DNA of 63,797 nt, the filler included, from Reclinomonas americana ATCC 50394 (taxonomy: Eukaryota), in assembly GCA_048213135.1 (NCBI GenBank). It is 16 parts of 16 records of this genome, joined end to end, with 100 filler letters (N's around TTAATTAATTAA, not from the genome) between each part and the next. Parts side by side here need not be neighbours in the genome. Positions count along the whole stretch, not along the records: positions 36,684 to 39,415 come from AFZH01022412.1; positions 39,516 to 42,636 come from AFZH01022415.1; positions 42,737 to 45,212 come from AFZH01022416.1; positions 45,313 to 52,066 come from AFZH01022417.1; 12 more parts are not named here. One strand, given 5' to 3'. Each line of letters starts with the position of its first letter. The first letter of the stretch is position 1. A model generated the notes under the pieces. That model did not search any database, had not been told where the DNA came from, and worked only from the letters and a program-made list of their open reading frames with translations. Shown piece by piece: positions 37,500 through 50,228 of the stretch. The translations under genes were made by a program, and so were the position numbers.

Positions 37500-38230
37500 T
37501 TGCTCACTGGTCGAAGAGTTGCGTCTGTGCCATTGCGTGTGAGACAGCTCAATCGTTGTGGTGACTGACAGACACGCTTTGGCCTGCAGGGACAGGAGGC
37601 CGTCGATGAACCGCCAGTTGGTGGCACTGCATCGTGGGAGACAACTCGGCTTGCACGCAACTAATGGACGCACGCCTTCCAAAGAAGAGTTGCGACTGCT
37701 TCGCAGCACGATAGACAGCTCTGTCGATGAGGTGACTGACTGACGCCTGCATTTACAGCGACGGCAGTGGTGCACTCGGCCAGTCCGCTTCTATCAAGGA
37801 TTGCAGTGCTGCCGATGAACCTCTTCACTTCGAGCTTGCCATTCAGGGGAAGAGTTGCGACTGCGCCGCAGGGAGAGACAGCTCGATCATCGTGAAACGC
37901 ATTTTTTGGTGGCTCTGTATCGTGGGAGACAACCCGCTGCGGCTTGCTGGGCAACTAATGGACGCACGCCTTGCCAAAGAAGAGTTGCGAGTGCGCCGCA
38001 GTGCGACGAGCGATGGGGTGACTGACTGACTGACGCCTGCTTTGCAGCGACGGCAGTGGTGCACTCGGCCAGTCCGCTTCTGTCAGGGATTGCAGTGCTG
38101 TCGATGAACCTCTTCACTTCGAGCTTGCCGTTCAGGAGGTACGTAGAGTTGCGACTGGTACCGCAGCGAGAGACAGCTCGATCGCTGAGGACTTACAGAC
38201 GCCTGCTTTTACAGGTCGCCACCGTCGCAT
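37500..38230. repeat. Degenerate tandem repeat, main period about 289 bp, with nested sub-repeats
   Basis: GCGACGGCAGTGGTGCACTCGGCCAGTCCGCTTCT..GATGAACCTCTTCACTTCGAGCTTGCC at about 37758 and 38047; AGAGTTGCG anchors at about 37516, 37686, 37852, 37981 and 38145. Confidence 0.85.
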
Positions 38231-38654
38231 TTCCCTTTCCCTTTGCAGACAACTCGAACTCGACCCTGCTGCACCACCACACACCCCTACTCTTACACCA
38301 GCGTCCACATGCAACACCCCGTTTGCCACCACGTAAGGCGGGATACCGATCGACGACGAGTCCATGTCACATTTGCCGCGCGCGGCAAAATAAAGTTACC
38401 CACAAGCGACTTCGCGACGCACTCGGTATGACTCGGTCCGGCCCCCGCGCCCACGGCTTTCCCTCATCTTTGCACAAGGTGTCTTGACATAGTCAATGAG
38501 GGCAACTGAATGACATGTCGACCTGCTAGTTGAAAACTTTCCCAACTCAAGGAAGTTGATCGGAAACGACAACTTCAATTTCTGTAGCCCGTCAGGGCCC
38601 CCCCTCATCACAAAAAGGAATTATGAAAAGAAACGCAGAGAGACAGAGAGCGCG

Positions 38655-39025
38655 TCACTTGCGATCGCTGTCATTGTCGTGCGCTGGTGGCTTGACATCG
38701 GGAGGAGTGTGCGTGCGCTCGGGTGAGGCACCCGACTGTGGCAATCGTCGTCGAATCTCCGAGGCCCACCCTGACACCACCTCCACCGACGTGCGCGCAA
38801 TGTCTTCCACGCGTGGCACGGCGTAGTTTTGCGCAACGTACATGCCAGCGGGAACGCCTTTGCATAGAGAGAGAGAGCAGAGAGAGTGAGTGAAATGTCG
38901 TGCAGCACTCACGCGTTTTTTTTCGTTGTTGTTTGTTGCGTGTGTGTGCGCGCGATGCTGCGGTGTGTGAGCGTGTACGCACCGATCAGTGTGCCGAGGA
39001 AGATGCCGCGGAAGAGCTTGGACAT
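38655..39025 (-). CDS. STMP1: STMP1-like short transmembrane mitochondrial protein; exons 39025-38983 and 38857-38655
   Basis: MSKLFRGIFLGTLIGVPAGMYVAQNYAVPRV contains the family motif GxYxAQNYxVP. Confidence 0.75.
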
Positions 39026-39130
39026 CGTGTGCACGCGAGTGTGTGACGCAAGAGTGAATGGTTCATCGATCGGATCGTCGACTCATCACACTCACTACAC
39101 TACTCTCGCGCTCTCACAGTGTGCGATCAG

Positions 39131-39222
39131 ATGCCGTTGAGATGTGTGATGTACTGCGAGGTGAGTGAGAAAGAGAAAGAATGAAAGAAAGAGAGAGATT
39201 GACGGAGACTGAAACAGTGAGT

Positions 39223-39315
<93 letters not shown>

Positions 39316-39515
39316 TAGTACGTAACGTACTACTACTCTCTTCGTTCGTACGTACGTACGTACGTAACTAACTACGTACGTACGGTAGGTAGGTAACGAA
39401 CGAACTAACGTACGTNNNNNNNNNNNNNNNNNNNNNNNNNNNNNNNNNNNNNNNNNNNNTTAATTAATTAANNNNNNNNNNNNNNNNNNNNNNNNNNNNN
39501 NNNNNNNNNNNNNNN

Positions 39516-39572
<57 letters not shown>

Positions 39573-39914
39573 TGTGGAACCCTGTCGAGTCCCCTACGTG
39601 CTTTCAGTGGAGCGTCTTCTTGAAGCAGAGTCGAGTGCCGTTCTTCGTTGGTGTTGCTTCTCTGAGTATTTTCGCTTTCTTTCTTCACCGATAGCGCTTA
39701 TGTCGAGAGCTTGAGCTTGATCAGAGTCAAGGGCGTTCTCTGTGATGCTGGTATTGTTTACGATTACCCTCGCCTGACTCTTCTCCCCCGCAGCTTCCTC
39801 GACGGCAAGCACCCCATGGACGCCATCTGCATCGAACTGTGCGTCACCAACCAGCGGTTACGCGACCGATTAGAGCCCCACCTCAAGGATAAGATCTGTG
39901 TAATATACAACTAA
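39131..39914 (+). CDS. NPRL2: NPRL2/Npr2-like GATOR1 subunit; first exon and C-terminal exon visible, middle hidden in the gap
   Basis: First exon MPLRCVMYCE|GTGAGT resembles the NPRL2 N-terminus (IxCIFFSEFH). Last exon FLDGKHPMDAICIELCV..RLRDRLE..ICVIYN* resembles the NPRL2 C-terminus. Confidence 0.55.
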
Positions 39915-39987
39915 AGCGAGAAGCAAAGAGTACGTAGCTTGTCCTCATCGTCCCACGTTATCGAATCATCGTCTCTCCTCGGAGCAA

Positions 39988-42170
39988 ATGCTTCTCACTG
40001 CTGCCTCTCGCCGCCTGTTCAGCAAGGCACCAGTGCGTGTGCACACACAGATGCGCATCTCTCTCACTGTCACTCACACTGTCTCTGTGTGCATGCAGCA
40101 TGGTGTCTCTCAGCTCGGAGTCGTGGGTGCCGGTCAAATGGGCACAGGCATTGCTCTGACTGCGGCCATGCGCGCAGGAGTCTCAGTGACTGTCATGGAC
40201 CCGATTGAGGCGAGCCTGAGCAAGTCAAAGGCACAAGTCGGTCAGTCAAACATGCATGCATGCATGCAATCACTCATTCACTCTCACTCACTCCTTCCCT
40301 TCCTTCGTCACTCACTACTCACTCACTCCCTCACTCACTGACTCACTCTTTTTCATTCAGTCTCGCTTTCTCTCTTCTCAGTCTCTCTTTCTCTCTTCTC
40401 ACTCACTCACTCTCTCGCTCACACGGTCACTCTTTCTCATTCAGTCTCTCTTTCTCTCTTCTCAGTCTCTTCTCTCCTTCCTCCTCTCACTCTCTCGCTC
40501 ACACGCTCACTCATTCACTCACTGTGCTGCTCTCTCTCTCACACACACTCCCTTCTCCCCCACTCCCTTCTCCTCACTCCCTTCCCTCGCCTTCTTCTCA
40601 CATTCTCTTCTCCTTCGCCTCCCCTTCCCCTTGTCCTCCCTCCACAGAGAAGCTCCTGAGTGGCTACGTAAGCAAGGACCGCATCAAGGCCGAGGAGAAG
40701 TCGGCAATCCAAGGCCGCATGCGCTACGTGGCCAGCATGCCGGAGCTCGCCCAGTGCGACTTTGTGGTGGAGGCCGTCACCGAGGACATCCACATCAAGC
40801 AGAACATCTTCCAGGAGCTGGATCGCCTGATGGCACCCAATGTGACTCTCGCCTCGAACACCTCGTCCATTTCGATCACGGCGCTGGCGTCGGTCACCAA
40901 GCGCCCGCAGCAGGTCATTGGCATGCACTTTTTCCATCCGGTGGTCGTGCTGCAGCTGGTGGAGCTGGTGCAGGGGCTGCAGACGTCGGAGGCCACGGTG
41001 CAGCGCACGACCGCGCTGGCCGAGGCCATGGGGAAGACGGTGACACGGGCGAAGGATACGGCGGGGTTCATCTCCAATCGCGTGCTGATGCCCTACATTA
41101 ATGAGGCGATTCAGTGTTTGGCGGAGGTGCGGGAAGGGGATTTTAGGGAAAGGGGGGAAGAGGGGAAGGGAGGGAGAAAGGGAAAGGGAGGGAGAGGGGA
41201 AGGGAGGAAAGGTGAAAGAGACACGGAGGTAGGGAGGGAAAAGGAGAGATGAGGTAGTGAGAGAGTGAGAGAGAACGAATTAGAAAGAGAAGCATTCGGT
41301 TGAAGAATTGCAGCAATGCGAAGGAGAACACCCGGCAGCACTTGCTCTTTTGATCTCGCAACCTGTGCAATAGTCTAGAGAGTTCGTCTCAGTAGGTTGC
41401 AATTCTGCGTCCATTGTTTTGTCTGAGTGGAGTCGCGAACGGCACGCACGAGCACTCTTTGGTTGACCTGCTCTGTATTCCGCGTCTGCGTGTCTTTTTG
41501 GTCGTTTCTGTCACAGATAGCGCAGCTGAAATCGCGATTCTGTGCTCCTGTCTCCCTGTTGGTTTCTGTATCGCTGGAGTCGTCGTGACTAGTTTCTCTG
41601 GTGTTTTGTTCTCCCTGACTGTTCTTGCCCTCGTCGGCGCGACGCGATACTCGATACATCTGCCTCTTTCTCCGCCACTGGCTCCCCCTCTCGCTCCCCA
41701 TCTGCCTGCTCTGCCTCATTGCAGAGAAATCGAGTGGCTGTTCTCTCTCACTTTCCTTTTCCCTCTCTCTCCCTTTCCCCTTTTCCTCTCCCTCTCCCTC
41801 CCTCCCTCTCCCTCCCTCCCTCTCCCTTTCCCTCCCCCTCACCCTCCCTTTGCCCTCCTTCGCAGGGCGTGGGCACTGTTGCCGACATTGACACGACGAT
41901 GAAGCTCGGCACCAATGTGCCGATGGGTCCCCTGACGCTGGCCGATTTCATCGGCCTCGACACCTGCCTCAACATTCTGCGCGTGCTGCAGGGCGAGCTC
42001 GGCGACAAGTACCGCCCGCACCCGCTGCTGGTGCAGTACGTCACCGCTGGATACCTCGGTGAGTGTGCGCATCACGACGAGGGCCAAGGAGCGCGCACTC
42101 ACTCTTTTCCTGTGCAGGCAAGAAGTCGGGTCGCGGCTTCTACGACTACTCGGCGCCACCGGCCAAATAA
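39988..42170 (+). CDS. 3-hydroxybutyryl-CoA / 3-hydroxyacyl-CoA dehydrogenase with a mitochondrial presequence; 5 exons
   Basis: [87 protein letters not shown]. Confidence 0.92.
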
Positions 42171-42278
42171 TCGCCTCCGCCCCCTCATTCTCCTCCTCGC
42201 TGTTCGCAACGAGAGTACAAATCACCGATGGCGTGCTCACATATGATCATTATACACCTAGATATTCATTATTAAGAG

Positions 42279-42636
42279 CTATGAGACGGGCGACGCGAGA
42301 CACCGGCGGCACAGCGGGCAGTCGCGCATGCGCCCCTGCGACTCGCACGCCGCAAACCACGTGTCCACGCACTGCGCGTGGAACAAGTGACCGCACTCGA
42401 GCTCACGCAACAGCCGTGGGCGCGCGGCGGCCTCGCGCCGCCGGCCACCACCACACGCACCGAATCCGCTGTAGCACACCACGCACTTGTGACCGCGCGC
42501 GCGCGCCTGCAATCGCACCTGCTCCGCCTCCACGGCCTCCGCCTTGGCGCGGCGCTCCACTCGTCGCCGCCACCGTGCGACCATCACTCCGCCGCACGAC
42601 ACTGTGGCCATCATGCACACACACAGCGCATGCCAC
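42279..42636 (-). CDS. RING-H2 E3 ligase, C-terminal part; 5' end lies in the gap
   Basis: CVVCY..LECGHLFHAQCVDTWF..CPLCR. Confidence 0.8.
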
Positions 42637-42879
42637 NNNNNNNNNNNNNNNNNNNNNNNNNNNNNNNNNNNNNNNNNNNNTTAATTAATTAANNNNNNNN
42701 NNNNNNNNNNNNNNNNNNNNNNNNNNNNNNNNNNNNATGTTGCTCCATCGTTCTCTCCGTGGGTGCGCGGTGGAAAGAGGGACGACGCGGGAAAATATTG
42801 TTTCTCCGTGATTACAGTTTTCGGTCGCGCGCAAACTGCAAGTTGCAATTGGGTTGCAGTTGGGCATGCAACATTGCTG

Positions 42880-43520
42880 CAGGAACTTCATGAGTGGTAG
42901 GCGATGGGAGCGATTATGGCCACTGCTGCTGCGATCTCGATCGAGAATTCGCGATATCGATCGATATCCAAAGCTGTCTCTTTGAACGCGGTGCTGCAGC
43001 CTGCTCCTCTATCGCGAGGCTTGGATCTGCTAGCTACAGGACACAAGCTGCTGAGTGCTACGCGATCCCACAGCGATCGCAGCTGGTGATACGAGTGTGA
43101 CGACAAGTGGATCGCTGCGATCGATCGCGACACAGCAAATTCGTTCCATCACAAACGATCGCTGTGAGCGCTGCGTCGATCGCGCGGCTTCGATCTGCTT
43201 CTGCAGGACACAAGCTGTTGAGGGTGACACAGTCCCCTGTCGATCGTCGTCGCTGTGGCAAGTGCGACGACGCGTGAATCGATCGATTACGAATTCGTTC
43301 CATCACAAACGATCGATGTGCACACTGGAGGCCTGCGTCGATCGCGAGACGTTGATGCGGACACTGTATGGCACAAGCCCATGAGCAATGCGTGATAGGA
43401 ACGATTGCAACTGGGGATGCAGGTGCGGCGACGACTTGTCGCAACATCGATCGGTTGATGATCGAACGCGGAGACTTGCAATTGGAGAGCGATCGTTTCG
43501 ACGACGGTCCGCACGCGACT
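42880..43520. repeat. CGATCG/palindrome-rich degenerate repeat (period about 155-167 bp)
   Basis: TTCGTTCCATCACAAACGATCG at about 43140 and 43294; CAGGACACAAGCTG at about 43037 and 43204; perfect palindrome GATATCGATCGATATC at 42953-42968. Confidence 0.65.
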
Positions 43521-45020
43521 TCGTACGTGCGTCAAGCTCTACATCTCCGAAAGCATGGAGATCCATTGACAGCTGCGTCTGCAACTTCGGATTGCTTGCA
43601 ATATCGACAAGTTGATCGCGAAAACTTCAACTTGTTCGAATTCGAAGCTCTGAATGATAAGAGAACCTGCCGCTGTCGAGCCGGTGTCAACAAACAACAA
43701 TTCATGCACCCACAAACAGATAAGGTGAATGGATTGTTGTTGTTATGTTGTCTGCAAGGACGACATTGATTCGCGCGATCTGCAACAGCAACAGGTGTCT
43801 TGATGACCAAGTCCAACCATATCCAAAACATCAACACAAACACCAGTCTTGAGGCAGCAGCAGGTTCTTTGTGTGTGTGTTTGTGTGTTCGCTCTTGGGG
43901 CGCCGAACAAGTCGAGAACTGCGATCTTCACCGCAGCGTGGCTGAACAGTGGTGGATTTGACGCACTTGCATAGACGCATAGCGTTTTCTGCGATCGTAC
44001 ACAGCACATCGAATTCGGGGCCCGGGAAAGGCCAAAAATGCAAAGCCAGGCACACAAAGCAAAGCCGGGTCCGGATCGATATCCGTGAAGCAAGCAACGC
44101 AGTGGAGGCAACGTCATTGTCACAAGAGAAAACCTTCGTGTTCGCCGCTCTCCTCTCTCCCAATCAAGAGAGCAACACTGCTGCACCGAGCTCGCTGCAA
44201 GAAGTCGAGGAAAAGATGACTTTTGTGCTCTCGGTTCGCTTCCGTTGGCTTCCTCTCTTCGGAGAGTAAGCCAAAGGTGATACTGCAGTGCTTCGGACTT
44301 TCTCGATGACAATGAACCACATGGATGCGCCTCTTCATTTCGTTGGCGATATCACGCGGGCTATTCACATTCTCACAAACTGCAACACACACACACACGT
44401 ACAAAAGAGGGGGGTAGGGGCCCGCCCTCCTCGCACACCGAGAAGGCGTCGCCCAGATCGTGCACCACTCGCCCCCGATAGGGCGAGGGATCTTTACACG
44501 AACAAGCGCGCCTCCTACCGGAAACGAGGGGGGAGAAAAGAAAAGAGAACAGACGGGCATTGGGGGGAGGGGGAAGGAACTTTAGGTAGGTAGCTGAACA
44601 GGAATTGTACAACAAAACAGAACTATACAAGTACAGACACACTCGCGACTGAGTGTGCCTAGGATGGGGATGGCGCCAGCAAACACAACAGACACACAAA
44701 GAGAGGAGGGGGAGGGGAGGCGGGGGGAATTATTGCACGCGACAAGGGGTGCGGAGCACCGAGAGCGTTGTGCGCAGGCGGTGGGTAAGGTGCGGGATAA
44801 GGCACGCAATTTCGCGGCCACCACAAACCCCACACACGCCTGCGGCACCGACGGTCATCGGGCACACATACCGCACCCCACCATTACTCGCGGCAAGACC
44901 ACCTCCACCACCACACATACCACCAGACAAGACGACGCCAGGAGCCCCGAGATTAACGCACGCAAGACAAGAGGGATAGGTAATGAATGTAGAGAGAGAC
45001 AACTAGGAACGAGGGAAAGT

Positions 45021-46776
45021 TCACAGCGAGTACGCCCACTGCAGAGGAGCCTTGACCTCCATCTGCATCGACGACGACTCCATCGGCCGGGTGATGTGGA
45101 TGGCCGGGTACTGCGACGCCGACTGTGCGTGGGCCAGCGAATAAGCAATCGAGCCGGGGGTCGGCATCGACGGCATTGGCGGTGGTGGCGGCGGCGGTGG
45201 CGGCACGCCAGCNNNNNNNNNNNNNNNNNNNNNNNNNNNNNNNNNNNNNNNNNNNNTTAATTAATTAANNNNNNNNNNNNNNNNNNNNNNNNNNNNNNNN
45301 NNNNNNNNNNNNACGGGGGTGGCGCCAGGGGCGAACGAAAGCGCCAGAGGCAGCGTATTGCGGCGTTTGAGGCACGGCGCACCAAAGTCCATGTCGTCGA
45401 CGTTCTCGTCGGTCGGCAGCAGCGTGCTGAGGCCGTCCACGTCGTCCTCCACCATGGAGTCCTCGTTGAGGACGAGGATCATAGACGGAGGCGACGACAG
45501 CGACGACGATGAGGAGGAGAGCGAGGTGGAGGAGGCGGCGGGGGAGGAGCGCACGGGCGACGAGGCCTGTGAGCCACTGGCGCTGTTGCAGGCGTACGGG
45601 TGGTGGTGGGGCGACGAGGTCACCGACGACGGCACCGCACTCGTCATCATCTCCTACGGAGGCGAACATCGATTGGTCAATAAAAATAATGCGCATGTGG
45701 GGAAAGGAGAGAGGGAGGAGGAGAGAGAGGGTGGAGGTGAGGGCGGAGAAGGAGAGGGAGGGAGTGGGAGAGGAGGAAGGGACGAAAGGAGAGGGAGCCG
45801 ATGAAAGGACGATAGGAATCGCTCAATAAAAAAAGACAAAAAGCGATTGAAGAGTCGGCGGAGGAGGTAGAGTCGGCGGCGGAAGTGGAGGAGGAAGAGC
45901 GCGAGAGAAAAAGGTGCGTGAGACACAGAGGCAAAGATACGCGCGGCGAAAAACCGGCCACCGGGGGAATAGCACCGAAAACATGCACAACACACTCGTC
46001 TCACGGAGAAAAAAGCACGCCACGCACCAGCACACTGCGAGACAACACAAAGACACGCGCGCGACACAAAAGAGAGGCGCGGGGGAGCGCGAAACACAAA
46101 ACACAGCAATTTCCATTCGTGGATATCGGAGGAAGGTCCCGCACAAAAACACACACATCAAAAAAAGAGAAAAAAAGCTGTGCACGCGCTCAGCACACAC
46201 AAGAAGAGAATCGCACACACACACTAGCGGAGACAACGGCACAAGAATCGCAGAGTGTGAGACACACACACAGTGGTGCGCCTCAAATCCGCTCGATTTG
46301 AGGTGGTTGCTCTGCTGCTCGGCTCCCACCAAGCATGCATAAATATATAAAAGGAAGAAACAGTGACTGGCACCCACACACGCACACAGAGACACACAGA
46401 GAAGGCGAGAGAGTGAAAGAAAAAGCAGTGGCCGCACATACAGCAATCGCGCGGGGGAAAAAGAAAGAAACAGCTCACACAAGTCACTCACCAGTTGTGC
46501 GCCTGGCGAGGGCATAAAGGCGACAGCAGCCGAGCGCTTCTTCTTGAGCAAGGCGGGGTTGGGCGTCGCGTGGAGGACGACGTTGGCGCGGCCGAGTGAG
46601 CACGATTCCACTGCGCCCGTGAGCGCGTTGGAGGGCACACTCTGCTGCACAGGCGGAGGTGGCGGAGGCGGAGGCAAGAAGACCGTTGCTACTGGCTGCG
46701 CAGGTGCTGGTGGAGGCGGCGGAGGCGGTGTCGTGAGGAACATCGAAGGGTGATTGTAGGTCCACGTCGAGGCCAT
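45021..46776 (-). CDS. Hypothetical Pro/Ser-rich, probably disordered protein; intron 45654-46491 and one gap
   Basis: MASTWTYNHP..polyP..KKKRS..AQL|EMMTSAVPSS.. joined in phase 0; GC-rich coding-like sequence on both sides of the gap. Confidence 0.55.
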
Positions 46777-48099
46777 GATTGCAAACTGCACACACACACG
46801 ACGTGACGCACACAACCAGTGAGTGAACTGTGTCATGACACGCACGCTCTTGTCTTGAACACGTTTGCGAGGGTGGTGATTACCTTGGCTCGCAGGCAAT
46901 GAAGCGAAGAAAATGTGTGATGATTTGAATTTGGACGGCGTGTTCTTCTCCCAAAATGGTCGACTGGGGCGTCAACGAAAAAAATTGCAATCGGGCGTTC
47001 TTTGCGATTTTGCTGTTTGCGGCGATGGGTTTTCGCTGTGTTCATTGTCGCGTAATTATGAGGGAGATATTGAGTGGGTGCGCGTGTGCGTGCAGAGGGC
47101 GGCGGCGGTGTGTGGAGTGAGAATTCGAGTGAACAGCAGTTTGGTGATGTGGTCCTGATGAGTGTGATGATCAGCCGGCGAATTGTTGCATTTGTGGAAG
47201 CTGTGTTGCAGTTGGCAGCGGCTGCTCTGCTGATTGCGTACCGTTGGAACGTGGCTGCAAGTGAGAAGGGAGGAGATTTTTTGTGGAGGTGTGTGTACGG
47301 CAGTGTATGTGTTGTGTTGGTGTGTGGCGCGCGCGGGCAGCACACGTGCGGCACGCGCGCGCGCGCTCCGGCATCGTTCCCGCGCCACTTTTTTTCCCCC
47401 TCTCGTTGACCTGTGCGCTCCACTGTTGCCGGCGCCGGCACGTGGCCTCTCTGGCGTCCGGCAGTGTGCGCAGCGTGTGATGGGCGCGCGGCGGTGTGGC
47501 TGGTTTTCCTGGATCCGTGTGCCGACCAATTATCGAACCACTGTGCTTCGCAGCAGATGCGAGACCAATACAGTGCGAGGGGCGACCAATTCATCGCATG
47601 TTGGTGATGTGCGGTGAACAGGAGGCGGAGTGGAGGGGCGGAGATACGACGGTGGAGTGGAGGGGAAGAAATTTAATCGTTAGATTGTGTGGCTCGGGAC
47701 GATTGGCTATTGGTGTGAAAGGCGGGGACGGAGAAGGAGACGGGGGAGAAGGGGGTATAGGGGAAGGGGGGAGGGAAGGAGGGGGAAGGGGGAGTGAGGA
47801 CAACTGGGCAAGGGGGATCGATATCGAAGTTCTCCGATGGTTTGTGTCGGTGGACGCAGCGCTTGATTGCGGGCTGGCAACGTAGCGGCGTGGCGAGGAG
47901 GACGTGGCGATGGGAGTAGCGGTGTGTGTCGATCGGGAAGACTGCGTGCGATCGGCGACTGCGACGATAATTATTCTCTGGGCCTAAAAACGCAGTACTA
48001 GTCGTCTTTCAGTCATGAATGGTGATAATGTAGCAAGAGGCCAAGGGGAAACGGCACCGCTATATGGGAATCGGGCGGGGCGAAGGGTGGAGACAGGGG

Positions 48100-48850
48100 C
48101 GAAGGAGTAAGGGAGGGCGATAAGAGAGATCGGTAGCCATGGTGAAGCGCGCGCTGTCGCACTGCGGTGGACGATTTTCTATCGGAGGCAGTGAGAAGCG
48201 AGCAGCATCGCTTGCACACCGGTGTGGCGTAAGGAGGATTGCTAAGAGTGGTGTGGGCGATCGTGAAGAGAGAGAGAGAGTGCATGCAGTGAAAAGCGAT
48301 TGGTGGACGATCGGAGGTGGTGTGGAGCGATCGGAATAGATCGGTGGACGTGAGAAGCGATCACCGTTGCTGCACACCGGTGTGGCGTGACATTCGGGAA
48401 GATTGCTAGCTCTGAGTGGTGTGGGCGATCGCGAAGAGAGGGAGAGTTCATTCAGTGAAAAGCGATCGAAATCGATCAGTCTCAGTGAGAAGCGATCGCC
48501 GTTGCTGCACATCTATGCGGCGTGTCGCTCGGTGTGATCAGTGAGTATGAGGCAGTGCGTTCTTGCCACGCCCGTCAGTCGGTCGAGTGCAAGAATCGAT
48601 GGAAAGAGAGAGGAGCGATCGTAAAGAAGCGAGGTGATGCTGCGATACATGCAGTGTGGAGCGATCGCCTTCGCCACAAGGCGTGCCTCCGAAAGTTGCA
48701 GTAAGCGGGGTGGACGATCGCACAGAAAGACAGTGCAAAGCGTGTAGTGAACGGCGATCGGTGGGCGATCAGTGGCGGTGAGGAGCGATCGCCATCAGCG
48801 GCGCGCTGTTCGGAAATATCGAAGTGAGCGGCGTGGATGATCACAACGAG
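48100..48850. repeat. GCGATCG-rich degenerate tandem repeat (period about 135-170 bp)
   Basis: GTGAGAAGCGA at about 48191, 48350 and 48486; TGCACACCGGTGTGGCGT at about 48213 and 48371; AGTGGTGTGGGCGATCG at about 48247 and 48415. Confidence 0.7.
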
Positions 48851-50228
48851 AGAGAGAGAGAGAGAGAGAGAGGTGGTGGTGGAGGAGGAGGAGAGTACGA
48901 CAGCGTGCATTGCTGCGAGACAACCACGAGCAGCATCGGTGCAGGTGAGACGAGAGCGACGATGACAACTCGGAAAGATTGCCATGAGCGGCGTGGAGAT
49001 CGCATGCAGTGAGTGGCGAGAGTAGCATTGCGCACACCCATCGCTGAGTGAGATGGCAGGAGGAGCCATCGCTTGTACTGCCATCCCTCTCTCCACGCCC
49101 GGACGACAGATCGTACGCGTCGTCGATCGATATCTCGATATCTCGATATCATGACGCCCGGTGACGCGCGCGGCACTCCTTGCGATCGCTGCGCGCGTGC
49201 TCGTGTGGAGGTGTCGAGAGTGAGCGTCTTCACACTCACCCCACAAGCGCGCCACTGCGATTCTCGCCAATCGGAGTTAACGTTGTTGGCGATCGCGATC
49301 GATATCAATGGCCACGATCGCGATCGTGGGCACGCCAATGTGGCAGAGACACTGGCACGCTGCGATATCTCTTATTGAGGAAGCGCCACTGGCGGCGAGT
49401 GCGTGCCACAAGATACGGACAGCGAGGGGATCTGCGGCGCGCGACAGCACTTCTCTCATGATCTGCGGCAATACAACGGCCACCACTCACTTCTCTGGTT
49501 GCCTAGCCACCCAGTGCATCTCATACACAGTGTGTGGGACCAATGGCGCAGATGCTCACGCGCAGCGTAGTGCGACCCCCACTCGATGCCTTTTTAGACG
49601 TATTGACCAATAGACTCTCGCACTCTTGATTTATTCTCATTGTGCGCACATCGCGCTCACTCGCCTCCTTCGCCACCGCTGTCACCACGCGTCGCCCCTC
49701 CGCGCCGCCATCATGAAAGAAGTGCGAGAAAATGGGCTCGACAAAAATGGAAAAAAGCTACGGAATCTCAGTTTTCACTCGCCGCTTCTGGCGGGTGTGG
49801 CGCGTGTGTGTGTCTCACAGTGTGTTAGTGAGAGAGGACGAGGTGTAGCGGCGACTCGCTACATCACATCGCCATTGGCGGTGGCGGTTTGCATGGCCGC
49901 ATATGCGCAACGTCCACCGCGCGAAATCGCTGTCGTTGACGAGCAAGTTTGATCGGGACGTGGCGCGCTTTTCGGTGAATGGCGTGCGAGGGCGTAAACT
50001 GGCAACCAGCACTCTTGCGTCATCCGCGCTTCCTGTTTTGCCCCCCTCTCCCTCCCTCCCTCTCCCTCCCCCTCGTCAATCCACACATCAGCTCGTGTGA
50101 AATGTATCGATCTCGACCTTACCGGGCAGGCACGGGCAGCAGCTTCATTTTCATGTGTGAGTGTATGTTGCCGTGGGCGGACGAAGAAAAAGGGGGCAAA
50201 AATCGGGGAAATGTGTGTGTGCGTGCTC

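Noticed and set aside
39312..39415. TACG/GTAC-rich quasi-repeat next to a gap
   Set aside because: It follows a long microsatellite, ends at a contig edge and mirrors the TACG pyrosequencing flow order, so it is most likely read-end noise.
43560..44350. Possible coding fragments between the repeat block and the Pro-rich gene
   Set aside because: No consistent spliced frame or recognisable motif.
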